This document shows positions 11,985-25,100 of a DNA stretch of 64,000 bases, piece by piece. The first letter of the stretch is position 1. Each line of letters starts with the position of its first letter. Both the position numbers and the translations under genes were made by a program. The notes below the pieces were generated by a model, which was not told the origin of the DNA, ran no database searches, and was given only the letters and a program-made list of their open reading frames with translations. The DNA is from Selaginella moellendorffii. Taxonomy: Eukaryota; Plantae; Lycopodiophyta. The stretch is from NCBI RefSeq assembly GCF_000143415.4, contig NW_003314277.1:321183-385182 (forward strand), written 5' to 3'.

Positions 11985-13108
11985 TGTAAGGAACCAGCTC
12001 CCTGAGATGTCGTAGGCTAAAGGATCCCCGAAAGCATGACTGAAATGACAAAGAGTTCATCAGATGGGACCGAGTCTAAGATTGAGTCTAAAACCAACTC
12101 TGAGACCGAGTTCGAGATAGAGTCCGGGATAGAGTTCGAGGCCAACTCAGAGACTAAGTTCGAGACCGAGTTCGAGACAAAGTCCGAGATCTAAGATTGG
12201 GTCTGAGACCGAGTCTGAGGTCGAGTCCGAGATCGGGTTTGAGATCAAATCTGAGACCAAGTTTGAAGTCAGGTCCGAGATTGAGTCTGAGATTGAGTCC
12301 AAGACCGAGTCCAAGTACTAATACAGGTTAAGGGGTGAAAGCCCAAAGTGTGCACCTCCCAGTGGGGGGGGGGGGGGGGGGGCTGTAGGGGGTTCCAAAA
12401 GTATAGTAGGGATAGTGAGGTCTAGGAACCAGTTTTGAAAAAACTCTCCAGTGGTGCTTCCAAACTGACTTGAGGTTGAGATTGGAGCCAAGGGCTTTGG
12501 GTGGGAGTGAGCATGGACTCGGGTGGTGCCGGAGGGGCCACCCAAGGAAGTGCTCAAGAATAGCTCCCACTCCCGAAAGGGAAACCGACTATAGTGCTCC
12601 TGGCTCATGTGGAGTGGTGCCCCACTTGAGTACCTTATGGCTCATTTGTCCTTGCCCTTCTTAGGGGTTTAGGCCTTCCCTTTGGGATGGAAGTGGGGGG
12701 GTAAAGGTACCCATACCAGGCTGTTAGGCCATGGTGTTTCGCCCTAGCATCCCGAAACATGTGTTTCACTCAAGACTTGGGATTTAGAGGGTCCCATGAT
12801 CAAGTCTTGTGGTACTAAGGGATGTTAGGAGCCTGGAGGCTTGGTGTGCTTGGCTGCTTGTGCCTGCAGAGAATGTAACCGAACCTTAAGTCCAATCTAA
12901 CTCGGGAAGGGGGATTGGGAGAAATTTGTAGATGGATGGCTAATGCTCCATTGCTCATGCAGTGAGTAACTTAAACCAAACAAGACCAAGTAGGAGCTGG
13001 TACCATAGGCGGGAACCTTGGTGAGGGAACTTAGCAAAAGCCAAGGCAGTGTTGGTCGGATAGACGAGGTAAGCTGGCAAATTGGAAAGGAAAAATTTAT
13101 GGCTTACA
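11985..13108 (+). repeat. 5' LTR of element D, with gaccga/gagtcc hexamer array (~12065-12313) and a G19 tract
   Basis: Direct repeat of 18512-19628. Confidence 0.93.
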
Positions 13109-13868
13109 ATTTGGTATCGGAGCCTTTTCCTCAATTCTAGTGAAAGATAGAGGCGGATTGCTGGGAGATGGCAAAGGTAGGGTGGAAACGAACCAAGGCA
13201 GAGATGGAACCTCCTCCAGAGCTAAAGCCTCCGGTTGAACAAGAGGCTATGGATGAGGAATCCTTGCATAAGGAGGACTCTAATGAGGAAACTTCCAAAC
13301 AGGAGTCCGATGGTGAGGTTCAGTCATCCAAGGCTCGATTGGACGTTTTAGAAGGACAATTGGCACAGACCAATGCCCTGTTAGAGACTCTTGTACGCAA
13401 ATTAAAGCGTAATGAGAAGCGGAAGAAAAGGCAAAAGACTACGGATGCTGGCAACGAAGAAGGTGCAGACCCTTTGGCAAGGACTGAGGCAAAACCAAAT
13501 AAGGTCGAACAAACCGAAGTGGAATCAGTCCCTCAGGCAATTCCCAAGTACAAACCAAAGCCCCCACCATCTTCAAGGGAGTGAACGACTATAAAGTGGT
13601 GGAGGATTGATTTTACGATATGGAGGATTACTTTTGAGCATTGCGGTTACCGAGCTCATAGAAGGTCCCATGTGCAAAACCATACTTGGCAGATAATGCC
13701 AAGTCTTGGTGGAGAACGACAGAGGCCAACGAAGGACTGGTGGCCACTTGGGGAATGATGAAGGCGAGGATCCGCACAACTTACATTCCTCCGAATGCTA
13801 CTTTGCATCTAAGAGACAAACTGAGTAAGCTGAAGTAGACTGGAACCATTCAGGAGTATGTGAATGGG

Positions 13869-14062
13869 TGTAAGGTCCTAAGTTTGGACTTTCCGGGAGG
13901 TCACCTAGCCCAATACTATTCAAACTTAATGACGCTTAACCCCAAGTATCTTAAGACCCTTAACTGATTAGAAAAAAGGGTGCACTCTTGTTCATGGGCC
14001 CTTTCCCTCTATATTTGAACCTTATGGATCGTATCTCGAGTCGTTCCCTTTGGTTGTTTATA
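13869..14062 (-). mobile_element. Family C short solo LTR inserted in the gag gene of D
   Basis: Reverse-complement homolog of 10053-10228, with a perfect 5-bp TSD ATGGG (13864-13868 and 14063-14067). Confidence 0.88.
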
Positions 14063-17000
14063 ATGGGTTTATGGCAAAGAGGATACTTGTCACGAACATG
14101 AAAGATATGGATGCGTTCCATGCCTTCATATCAGGCTTGCAAACCTGGGCTTGCGGTGAAGTGATGCGTTGGAACCAACCAACTACAAGGAAGCATTGGA
14201 TGCGGCCATCAAGGTGCATTTCAACGATATCTGTGAAAGGGGAACACGTTGGGGTTGGGGTCTATGTTTAGCAAAAGGGCTAAATCAAGGGGAACGTATA
14301 GCAAAGGGAAATTCAAGAAGAGTTTCTCTAAGAATGAGTCCTCGAGGTTCCAGAAAGGCAAATCCAGTGGCCAGCGAGCAAGTACGTAGGGGAGTCAAGC
14401 AAAAAAAAACAAACCCACGGATAAGAAGGTCAAGTCAGTTAGCAGCGTGGGAAACAATATATGTTACAACTATGGTGAAGCAGAACACTTTTCAAGGGAA
14501 TGTCCTTACCCGAAGAAGGCCAAAGCCAATATGGTTATTAAATCGGGTGAAATCCAAACTAAGGTATGTGATCTAGTCCCTAATTCAAAGTTACTTATTA
14601 CACGAGTAACTTTGGTAGAGAGTCGTTCGTAACATCTACTAACCCTCCGAGGGAAGCTCGGAGGTAGCTTTGTTAAGATCCTTATTGACACGGGTGCTTC
14701 GGATAATTTTGTGGTTGCAGACATAGTCCGGCAAGCTGGACTAATGGTGCAGCGGCTGGGCAAACCAAGGACTATAGAGTTTATTCAAGGTAGCTAAAGC
14801 ACCAATGAGGTACTTCAACAAGCGAAAGTCGAACTAAGGACATGGAAAGTAGACATGGATTTCACCATGTTGGACATGGCGGGATTTGACGTGATCTTCG
14901 GGATGGATTAGTTCAATCGGTTTATGGTAGCCCTGCATGGACAAGGTAGGAACCTTGTGGTAGTAGCGAATGCCTAAGGAAGAAGATCCAAGGTGGAGGC
15001 CCATGATCTAAAGGTAGGGCAATTGGCAAGGTCAAAGATTCCTGTTTAAACCTGGTGTCCACGAGAGGACAACTCACTAAAGGAACCAAGGCAGCATTTC
15101 TGTGCTTACTCTCGGTGAAGAGTGACAAAAAGATAGAAACGAAAGAAGTACCTTTAGTGATCCAGCGGGTGTTGAACCAATTCCAGGATACCATGCCAGA
15201 GGAGCTTGCCCCCCACACGACCGATAGAACATAAGATTGAGCTGATCGAGGGTGCTGAGGCGGTGGTCTGTCCCCCCTATCATTTGAACGAAAAAAAACT
15301 CGAGGAACTTAAGTGCCAGTTGGTGGACAAAAGGTATATTAGGTTGAGCAAGTCGCCGTATAGGGCACCAGTGTTATTTGTGAAAAAGAAAGATGGATTT
15401 ATGCGCATGTGCATAGACTACCAGTTGCTAAGAAGAACAAATACCCTTTGCCAAGGATTGAGGACCTGTTCAATAGGTTGGGAAAGGCAAAATACTTCTC
15501 GAGGATTGACCTAATGTCAAGATACTACTAGATCAGGGTAACAAAGGAAAATGTCGAGAAGACAATCTGTCGAACAAGGTATGGGAGCTTTGAGTTTCTA
15601 GTGATCCCCTTTGGGCTATGCAATGTGCCGGCAACATTTTCGGCATTGATGAACCACATTTTTATACCCTATCTGAATCACTTTGTCGTCTATCTCGTCT
15701 ATATTGGCGACATCCTGATCTATAGTGAAATGTTAAAGGAGCATATTGAACACTTGACGAAGGTGTTTGAGAAACTAAGGGAACACCAGCTGTATGTTAA
15801 AGAGAGCAAATGTGACTTTGCTTAACAAAAGGTAAAGTTTTTTGGGTATATGGTGGGCAAAGATGGGCTCAAGGTGGACCCTAAAAAGGTCCAAGCAACC
15901 TAGGATTGGGAGTGACTATCGAATGTACACGAGTTAAGGGCATTTTTAGGGCTATGCAACTACTATCGAAAGTTTATCAGACACTATTCGAAAATAACCC
16001 TACCCTTAACAGACCTAACGGGAAAAGAGAAGATGGTATGAACAGTGGAATGCGAGGCGGCATTTATCCACCTCAAATGGAAGTTGAGGAAGGCTCCCAT
16101 GTTGGCGTTACCAGACTTTGGTAAAGGCTTTGAGGTAGAAACGGATATTTCAGACTTTGCGTTTGGTGCAATTTTGAAGCAAGACAACCATCCAGTAGCG
16201 TTCTTCTCGAAGAAGTTGGACAAAGCTCAACAGAAGTGGCTTGCCCACGAGAAGGAATTGTTTGCGGTGGTCAAGGTGCTCAAGGAGTGGCGACACTACT
16301 TTGGGAGACACTTCAAAGTTTACACAGATAATGTGGCAACGAAACACTTCTTGTCATAGCCCGACCTGAGAGGGAAACAGGGTCGGTGGGCCAATGCTTT
16401 GGCCGAGTTTGATTGCAAGATTCTGTACAAGCTTGGGAAGAGCAACATCGTGGCAGATGCGCTAAGTCGAAAAGCGAGCTTGAAGTTGGTGATATCCAGC
16501 ACGACAGCAACCTTTTGGGATGATGTGTGGATAGCATATGAGAACAATGGTTTAGCACAAGAAATGTTGCTGAGGAATCTAGAGGCATGAGAAGCTCACT
16601 AAAAAGATGAGCTGCCAACGAAAGAGAAAACAGGCTATGCAGAATGCAATAGACTCATCTATTACAAACAAACGAGGGTGTATGTTCCAAAAGGGGAACT
16701 AAGGAAGGTAGCTTTAAAAGAGTGTCATAATGGACCTTTTGCAGGACACGGTAGAGTGCCCAAGACGATAGGCTTACTCAAGAGGAAGTATCACTGGCCA
16801 GATATGGCTAAGGATGTCCAAGACTATGTAAAAACATGTTTAACATGTCAATAGGTCAAAGCCATAACTAAGGTTAGTGGGGGCTTGTTACAAAGCATCC
16901 CAATTCCAGATCGTCCATAGAAATATCTTACGATGAACTTCATCACGGGACTCCCCCTAAGTGAGGGGTTTGATGCGATATTCGTGATGGTGGACCAATT

Positions 17001-18511
17001 TTCGAAGATGGCACATTTCATACCCACCACAACGGAAGTGGATGCGGAAGGTGTGGCAAAGTTGTTCTTCAAACAAGTAGTTCGAGTGCAGGGAAGGCTG
17101 GAAGAGATCATCTCAGATCGAGATAAGATCTTCACTAGTAGATTCTGGAGAACTCTCCTGGAACAGTATCGCACCAAGTTGAAATTCAGCACAGCCTATC
17201 ATCCACAGACAGGTATGGGGTATTAAGTCAAGTTTGATGGCACTAACACTTCTTGACAGACAGACAAATGGAAAGGGTGAAAACACAGTTGGAGGATTAT
17301 TTGCGATGTTATGTCTCAGGAGACCAAACTGATTGGGTAAGTCATTTGGGACTTGCGGAAATGTGTTATAACAATTCACCACATTCGAGTATCGGGGTGA
17401 GTCTATGGGAAGTCATCAATGGGCGAGCTATTGAAGGTCCTATGGAGCTTGGCGTGGCCGAGTACCATGGAGAATTACCCACAATGGAGGCATTTATAGC
17501 GGAAAGACTTAACATTTGGAATCTAGTGAGGGATTCCTTGGAACGGGCTCAACAAAGGCAAACCAAATACGCGAACCAGAAGCATCGGGATATAGAGTTC
17601 CAAGCTGAGGAGAAGGTGTGGCTGAACACCAAGAACTTTAGGCTGCCAAGTGGGATCAACCAGAAGTTGACCCAAAGGTAAAAATGCATTTATTCCTGGA
17701 AATGAATTGATCTTGAGTTCCTTAAGCAGGTTTGCGGGGCTTTACGAGATTGAAGCACGAATCGGTAAAGTGGCTTACCGTCTCTGACTTCCTCGAGAGA
17801 TGGGGAAGATACACCTAGTGTTTCACGTGAACTTACTCAAGCCGTGCTTTGAGGATCCGCTTCATAAGGACCAAGTAAGACCTTTACCTGAGGTTATATA
17901 AGGGGAGGAGGAATACGAAGTCGAGGCCATCCTTAATGCGCGCAAGAGCAAGTGACAAGGACGCGAGGTGAGAGAGTTCCATGTGAAGTGGAAAGGATTT
18001 CCACACTGCGAAGCAACATGGGAACCAAAGGAGAACCTAGCGAACGCGTGAGATCTAGTGGAGGAATTTCTGCAAGGCAGAACTCTATGTACTTATGCAA
18101 AGTTCAATTAAAGTATCAATTTGCGAAGTTGAGCAATGGCATATGTTGGGACCCGAAGGCGTGCCAAAGGTAAGCTAATTAGCATGGGTTAGCTAGGTTG
18201 ACCACGCATAAGAAACTTTGCCAACTCTCTACGGGGATGTCAAATCCATAGACGTATTCTATGGAGGTTAGGTTCGAGTCCCAACCCCCTAGTAAAGCAA
18301 GGTTGGGTTCAAGTCCCAACCCCATACTAGGGTGTGGTGAGGTGAGGGGTATAGGGACACCTATATTCCATTGTCATGGACTCTTGGCCAAGGAGGCTAA
18401 CTTAGGCACACTACTAAGTGGGGGGATGCCCCTGGAGATATGGTCAACAAGTCGTAGCATAAAAAGAGATGTTCGATATGGGCATCGAACTTCTTTTATG
18501 GGTGGTGGAGT

Positions 18512-19628
18512 TGTAAGGAACCAACTCCCCAAGGTGTCGTAGGCTAAAGGATCCCCGAAAGCATGACCGAAATGACAAAGAGTTCATCAAATGGGACCAA
18601 GTCTGAGATCGAGTCCAAGACCGACTCTTAGACCGAGTTCGACATAGAGTTCGGGATCGAGTCCGAGGCTGACTCGAAGACTGAGTTCGAGACAGAGTCC
18701 GACACCGAGTCTGAGGTCGAGTCTGAAGTCGAGTCTGAGATCGGGTCCGAGATCGAGTCCAATATCATGTCCGAGACCGAGTCCAAAGTCGGGTCCAAGA
18801 CCGAGTCTGAGATTGAGTTCGAGACCGAGTCCAAGTACTAATACAAGTCAAGGGGTGAAAGCCCAAAGCGTGCGCCTCCCAAGGGGGGGGGGGTTGCAAG
18901 GGGTTCCAAAAGTATAGTAGGGATAGTGAGGTCTAGAAACCAGTTTTGAAGGAACTCCCCAGTAGTGCTTCCAAACTGACTTGAGGTTGACACTAAAGCC
19001 GAGGGGCTTTGGGTGGGAGTGAGCATGGACTCAGGTGGTGCCAGAGGGGCCACCCAAAGAAGTGCTCAAGAGCAGTTCCCATTCCCGAAAGGGAAACCGA
19101 CTGTAGTGCTCTCGGCTCATGTGGAGTGGTGCCCCACTTGAATACCTTGTGGCTCATTTGTCCTCGCCCTTCCTAGGGGCTTGGGCCTTCCCTTCGGGAT
19201 GGAAGTGGGGGCGTAAAGGTACCCATATCGGGCCGTTAGGCTACAGTGTTTCGCCCCGGCATCCTGAAGCATCTATTTCACTCAAAACTTGGGATTTAGA
19301 GGGTCCCATGATCAAGTCTTGTGGTACCAAGGGATGTTAGGAGCCTGAAGGCTTGGTGTGCTTGGCTGCTTGTGCCTGTAGGGAGTGTAGCCAAACCTTA
19401 AGTCCAATCTAACCTGGAGAGGGGGATTATGAGAGATTTAAGAATCCGTGGATGGATAGCTAATGCTTTGTTGCTTGTGTAGTGAGTATCTGAAACCAAG
19501 TAAAACCAAGTAGGAGTTGGTACTATAAGCAGGAACCTTGGCGAGGGAACTTAGCAAAAACCAAAGTAGTGTTGGTCGGATAGACGAGGTAAGTTGGCAA
19601 ATTGGAAAGGAAAAATTTATAGCTTACA
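18512..19628 (+). repeat. 3' LTR of element D
   Basis: Direct repeat of 11985-13108, preceded by a purine-rich tract gggtggtggag. Confidence 0.93.
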
Positions 19629-19910
19629 AAAGGACCATATCAAGTGTTGTGGCAAGTTTAATCCGAACCACTTGCTCTTGTATATAAACTAAGGCTTTTG
19701 GGCTAATTGATATGCATATTTCTTGTATTTCCTTTCCACATTCCATGCACACACACACACACACACACATTCAAGCATTAACATCACCTATCGTAAAATC
19801 TCTTAAGAATGTCCTCAAAGGCACCCTCCTTCTCAAGTGCAAAAATAACTTCACACAACTCCACACACACACATATACATACACATATATATACATATAC
19901 ACATATCCCG

Positions 19911-20800
19911 GCAATGGCTGTAGCGGGCATCCTCAGCTATTTTAGCAAGACTCTTTTGCTTTTCTTCTTACCATAGATTATTAACTTTGTTTACTCCATT
20001 CCACAGGTAAGTTAGCCATATAATCTTTTGGTTTTTGTGCTAAGTAACTTGCCTCGCAGCTCTTCAAATGGGTGCCATGTCCGAGACATCTTCCAAACCA
20101 TCTCAAGAACAAGTTAACCAGATTCATATCCTTACTGCCTGTTAAAAGCCCTGTTTTCGGCTCAAAGCTACATCACAAAAGTCCTACAAGTTAGCGATTG
20201 TAGACGCTCCAACAAGCAGTTGTGTGAGATAAATTGAGAAGGCGTGTCCTTGCTGGTAATCAGCGTCTGAGCTACTCACGATTTGCATCATGTTGTGAAT
20301 CAAAATCTGTAAAACATCATGTTCTGGTCACAGAAAAAGAACAAAGAAAAGAAAGAACAATGCACATACTGCAGAAGATATCACAAGAGTTTGCCCAACG
20401 TCCAGTCCATTCACGCCGGCGAGAATGTTGACAGCGTTGGTGCAAAACACGGCTAACAGGCCCATGTAAACTTTGTATAGCACGCCTAACAAGTGTAAAA
20501 ACTGTTCAAGAACAAATCGAACCAAAAGAAAAGAAGAAAAATCTTACCCAAGTCGAGCACCTCCATTTCGAGGTAGACTCGAAGAGGTTTCGGAATAACA
20601 ATTGTCGTGTGCCCTGCGTATCCCATCAGTAAGGGAAGAGCAGCGAAAGAAGGAAGCAAAAGTTTCCTGAGAGCAAAAGAAACACTCGAATTTGTTTCGT
20701 GAGGAGATCATGAAACTTACACGCGCCATGGGACGTCGAGGACGTCGTCCACAAAGCCGAGAAGAATCATAAATAGTATAGATGTGAGAGCCGCATTGTA
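19911..20800 (-). pseudogene. Rearranged GPT/ALG7 fragment; the 19911-20090 segment is inverted
   Basis: [32 protein letters not shown] on the minus strand. The AVAGIL..FFLP piece is on the plus strand. Confidence 0.85.
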
Positions 20801-21730
20801 AAATCGAGGAAAATCCAGCTGACGCTTCTAGGATGCGGGGGCGTCGGGCGCCAGCTCCTCCGCCACATTGTCTCCACTCGTAAACTACACGAGATTTCTC
20901 TCTTTGAATCAAATGCCCAGGGCTTGCGAGTCGCTGTGATGGCTGTAGTGGATTCCAAGTCCATCTTTGCGAAGGAAAAGAACCCGGTACATGTCTGTTT
21001 TTATTTGCCTTTTCTTTAAACGATGAAAGCTCAGCTGGATTGAATGCGCGAGCCGTTCGCGAAGAAGATTGATGGAACTCTAGCAGCTGCGATAAGAACC
21101 ATCACAGAAGAAACTGGTAAAACTTTCCTTTCAGCTTTTTTGATGGATGATCATACAACTTTTTTTTCTTGTTTATCCTACAGGTCGTCCTTTGGTTGTA
21201 GCTGACTGTACCGCGAGTATAAAAATTGGACAAGCACTTGCAGAGATGGCGGACTTGAATTGCTGCATTGTTCTTGCGAACAAGAAGCCTCTCACCAGCT
21301 CGTTTGTAAGATCGTTCTTTTCTTCTTTCTTCTTTTTTCCTTGACCCATGGCTGCAGAAAGTTTACGATAGGATTGCAGCACTGAATTGACGTTATCGCT
21401 GTGAATCAACAGTTGAGCAAGAACTATTTGTACGTACATTTTACGAACATTTCTCAAGCAGGTCGGTGCTGCTCTGCCAGTCATAGCAACTTTGAACCGT
21501 CTGCTAAATTCCGGAGATTCGATCAAGAAAATTGTTAGTGCTCTCAGTGGTTTGTCCTTTCATTCTCCTAAAAATTTGCCACTTCTAACGTCCTTTGTCA
21601 GGCACTCTCGGCTTTGTAATGAGTCGGTTGGAGTATGGTGAATCGTTTAGTGATATTGTGAGACAAGCGAAAGAGCTTGGTTACACCGAGCCAGGTAGCT
21701 ATCTTTCTTTTCTATTTTTCATGTAGTTTC
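20801..21730 (+). pseudogene. Homoserine dehydrogenase pseudogene, truncated at both ends
   Basis: LLGCGGVGRQLL, VVADCTAS, VLANKKPL, VGAALPVIATL, GTLGFVM, LGYTEP. In-frame stop near 21387. The last ~650 bp present in the 29734-31374 copy are deleted. Confidence 0.85.
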
Positions 21731-22106
21731 AGGTATCGGACTCTAGAACACGCACTAACACCGAACATCGTGGGATGCAGCCGACATTGTACCATGGACA
21801 GGGATTGGAATAAAACAGACGTAAAGACAGAATCACATCTGCCGCCCATATTTACTTTAGGAGGGACTTTAGGCTCTAATGAAATACTGAGTTGCCTCAA
21901 ATAAAGAATTCAGCGAATAAAGCCTCAAGCGTGATCGCAAGTCACACCATCTATATAAAAAATGCCAGTGAACCGTAATGAAAGCGGGCGGGAGGCGGTT
22001 TAGGAGATAAAATGCTGTGATCACAAAATCGAACTTTTTAATAAGCCTTCCTATTCTTGCTTCATAGAAGGGAGAGAACGTAGGAGACAGATTTCTGCAC
22101 AGCGAA

Positions 22107-25100
22107 ATGTCGTCCCAGCGAATGTTTATCGAGCGCCTGCGTCGCGAGCTCTTTGGAATCGGCCAGTCCGGTCCCAATCCTCTCGCTCTCATGCTCCAGG
22201 AGACGATCAGGCTCCTCTCGGCCGAGCTCTACCAGAAGGACATCCATTTCCTGTCCGAACTCCTCCAGGTACTTTGCTCGAACTTGGTTCTGTCCCTGAC
22301 AAACATGAGCGTCTTAGAACGCTGAGGACAACACTTACCATTCGTCCGTGGAGCCGAGCATCGAAATCTATCTCACAAAGACCGACGTAACTGGCACTGG
22401 AGCAGCTGCCACGCTGCTGCTCTTGAACAACGAAGTTGGTTTCTCGGAAAAGAATATAGAGTCCTTGTGCGCCGCTGGTCAGTCCACAAAGAAAGGAAAG
22501 AAGTCTCAAGGATACATTGGCGAGAAAGGTGAGATAATTCTTTCTTACCTCTCCTCTCTAGCCGTGGTAACGTCTCTTGCTCGTACAGGAATTGGGTTTA
22601 AGAGCGTTTTTCTCGTCACCAAGCAGCCGTATATAATCAACAATGGCTTTCGTATTCGTTTCAACGAAGAGCCCCACAACGAGGCCAAGCTCGGGTATAT
22701 TGTCCCGGAATGGGTCGACTGTCCTACAGACGCTGTGCTGCAGAAGGTCTGTAGCAAGGTGGTCTTCCTGCAACGGTGATCATCCTTCCCTTACGTCAGG
22801 AAAAGATTTCGGAGGTGGCAAAGCAGCTTACTCAAATCCCAGCGGAGACGCTCCTCTTCCTATCGAAGATACGCATGCTCTCCATCTACGATCAGCAGTC
22901 GCGGCCTCCCACGGAACTGGTTCTCTCCAGATCTGTGGAGATGACAACGTCAAAGAATGGAAGCGTGGAAACGAGCACAACTTTTCTCACAGCTAGTAAC
23001 GGACGGAATGGCACTCAGCACAGCAACTACTACATGTTTAAGCAGACTTTGAAAGTACCTGAGGAGGCCAAGGTTGAAAAGCGAAAAGATGTCGATAGCT
23101 GGATGATCACTCTAGCCTTTCCGGTGGATGATCGTATCTCGAGCAGCTGCAGCATTGGCGATATCTTCTCGTTCCTGCCTTCCGATATCCACTCGGGCCT
23201 GCCGTTTCTTATCAACTCGGACTTTTTGCTCGTTTCCTCCCGTGCGACGCTCCTCTTTGACAGCTCCTGGAACCAGGGGATCTTTCGCTGTGTTCCCGAG
23301 GTTTTCTACAACGCCTTCGAGCTTCTCCTCAACACCACGGCGTTTGGACTGCAGAGTATACTGTCAGTAGCACGCATGGCAATGTACAAGTACGTACCTG
23401 TGAATGTTTGCCGCAACTCGTACCTCGAGAGAGTCCGCAACGATATCTTGTCCAAGCTGAAGGACAACAACGTCATTCTTTGCGCCTCGGACGTCGGCCG
23501 TGCACCACCGAGCGGGCAGCTTTGCAAGCCTGCTCTTGCGAGAAAAATCGCCCCCAGCTTCCGAGAGCTCCTCAAAGCCGCACCGAAGTGTCCCAGGTTC
23601 TTGCGAGGAAGTCCCTCGTACATAGTGGACAGCACGCTGCAGGAGAGCTACGTCTCGGTGCTGAGACTCCTGGGAGTCCCAGATATGAGCAACGATGAAT
23701 ATCACCAAAGCCTCGACTCTGAAGACTGGATGAGATCGCTCCCCGACGATGCATATGTCAAGCTGCTGGTGTTCCTGTCCTCCAAGTCGTCAACTTTGAG
23801 ATCCCTCAAGTTTCTCAAGTATCGAGGCTCCGATGGTCGACTTCAGTTGGCAAGCATGGATGATCTCGCGCGAAACGATGGCAGATCCATATACTGGGAT
23901 TCTGGTCATAGAGCTACCGCTTGGCTCGCTGGTTGGACAGAGGTGTTTCAACGTTGGCTAACTTTCAACTTCGTTCCATCGGCCTGCGCTGCAAAAATCC
24001 GGCAGCACTCGGTGTTAGAGAACTGGTTGGAGAGAACCCCCTTCAGCGTGAGCGAACTGACAGCATGCTCACTCGCTCGTCAGGTTCTTCGAGCAGTCAC
24101 TGCGAACTCCTCAGATGCAAAGCTTGCTGTTCTAGCGATGCACTTCCTGTTCGACCTGTACAGAAACGACCGCAGCTCGTACACATCCATCAGCAACCAA
24201 AAGCGTAATGTACCAATCGTCGAGAATGACGGAGCTGTGAGTCCTTATGGTGCGAGTTATGTTTCAACGCGTCCATTGTTGCTACCGGCGGCTTGTGGAG
24301 CGAAGTGGCCGCTCTTGCTCCCGTCTGATGTGTGGAGACGCGGCGTTCGAAAATTGTCAGAAGAGTATATGGAGTCAGCAACGGTCGATCTCTCCGACCC
24401 CGACGTGCGAACCGAGTTTGTGAATTTTCTGAAGGAGCAGTTCCTGGCTACGGACATCCCCGCCTTTGATCCGGTGAACGAGGCCCTTCCTCCGCATTAT
24501 GTTGGTAACGTCGCAGCGAGCTCGTTGTTACTGAAGTGGATTAAATCCAGGCACTGCAATGCACCCGCTTTCGCTTCCAGTATTAAGAATACCAAGTGGT
24601 TGAAGACGAGACACGGATACTGCTGCCCAACCGTTGCATTCCTGCCGGTGCAAGAGCTGCTTAAAGTCTTGAAAGTCGAGGACGTTCCGTTCNNNNNNNN
24701 NNNNNNNNNNNNNNNNNNNNNNNNNNNNNNNNNNNNNNNNNNNNNNNNNNNNNNNNNNNNNNNNNNNNNNNNNNNNNNNNNNNNNNNNNNNNNNNNNNNN
24801 NNNNNNNNNNNNNNNNNNNNNNNNNNNNNNNNNNNNNNNNNNNNNNNNNNNNNNNNNNNNNNNNNNNNNNNNNNNNNNNNNNNNNNNNNNNNNNNNNNNN
24901 NNNNNNNNNNNNNNNNNNNNNNNNNNNNNNNNNNNNNNNNNNNNNNNNNNNNNNNNNNNNNNNNNNNNNNNNNNNNNNNNNNNNNNNNNNNNNNNNNNNN
25001 NNNNNNNNNNNNNNNNNNNNNNNNNNNNNNNNNNNNNNNNNNNNNNNNNNNNNNNNNNNNNNNNNNNNNNNNNNNNNNNNNNNNNNNNNNNNNNNNNNNN

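Larger units (their letters stand above)
11985..19628 (+). mobile_element. Full-length degenerate Ty3/Gypsy chromovirus (element D)
   Basis: LTRs 11985-13108 and 18512-19628 (TGTAAG..CTTACA). Perfect TSD AAAGG. PBS tggtatcggagc at 13112-13123. Gag from 13168, zinc knuckle CYNYGEAEHFSRECP, protease LIDTGAS, RT, RNase H, integrase, and chromodomain EEEYEVEAILNAR..FHVKWKGFPHCEATWEP at 17905-18069. Confidence 0.95.
6143..19769 (+). mobile_element. Degenerate short-LTR Ty3/Gypsy element, family A copy A1. 5'-deleted and interrupted by insertions at 7947-10228 and 11985-19628
   Basis: Gag zinc knuckle CWACDEVGHTYWHC (~6300), protease VLVDTSSS (~6620), RT LFGLHNAPATFQRMID..FINDVLIHS (~7530-7640), RNase H (10259-10720), integrase (10950-11980). 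Sequence resumes after the TSD at 19634. 3' LTR remnant at 19656-19769. Many stops and frameshifts. Confidence 0.88.
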
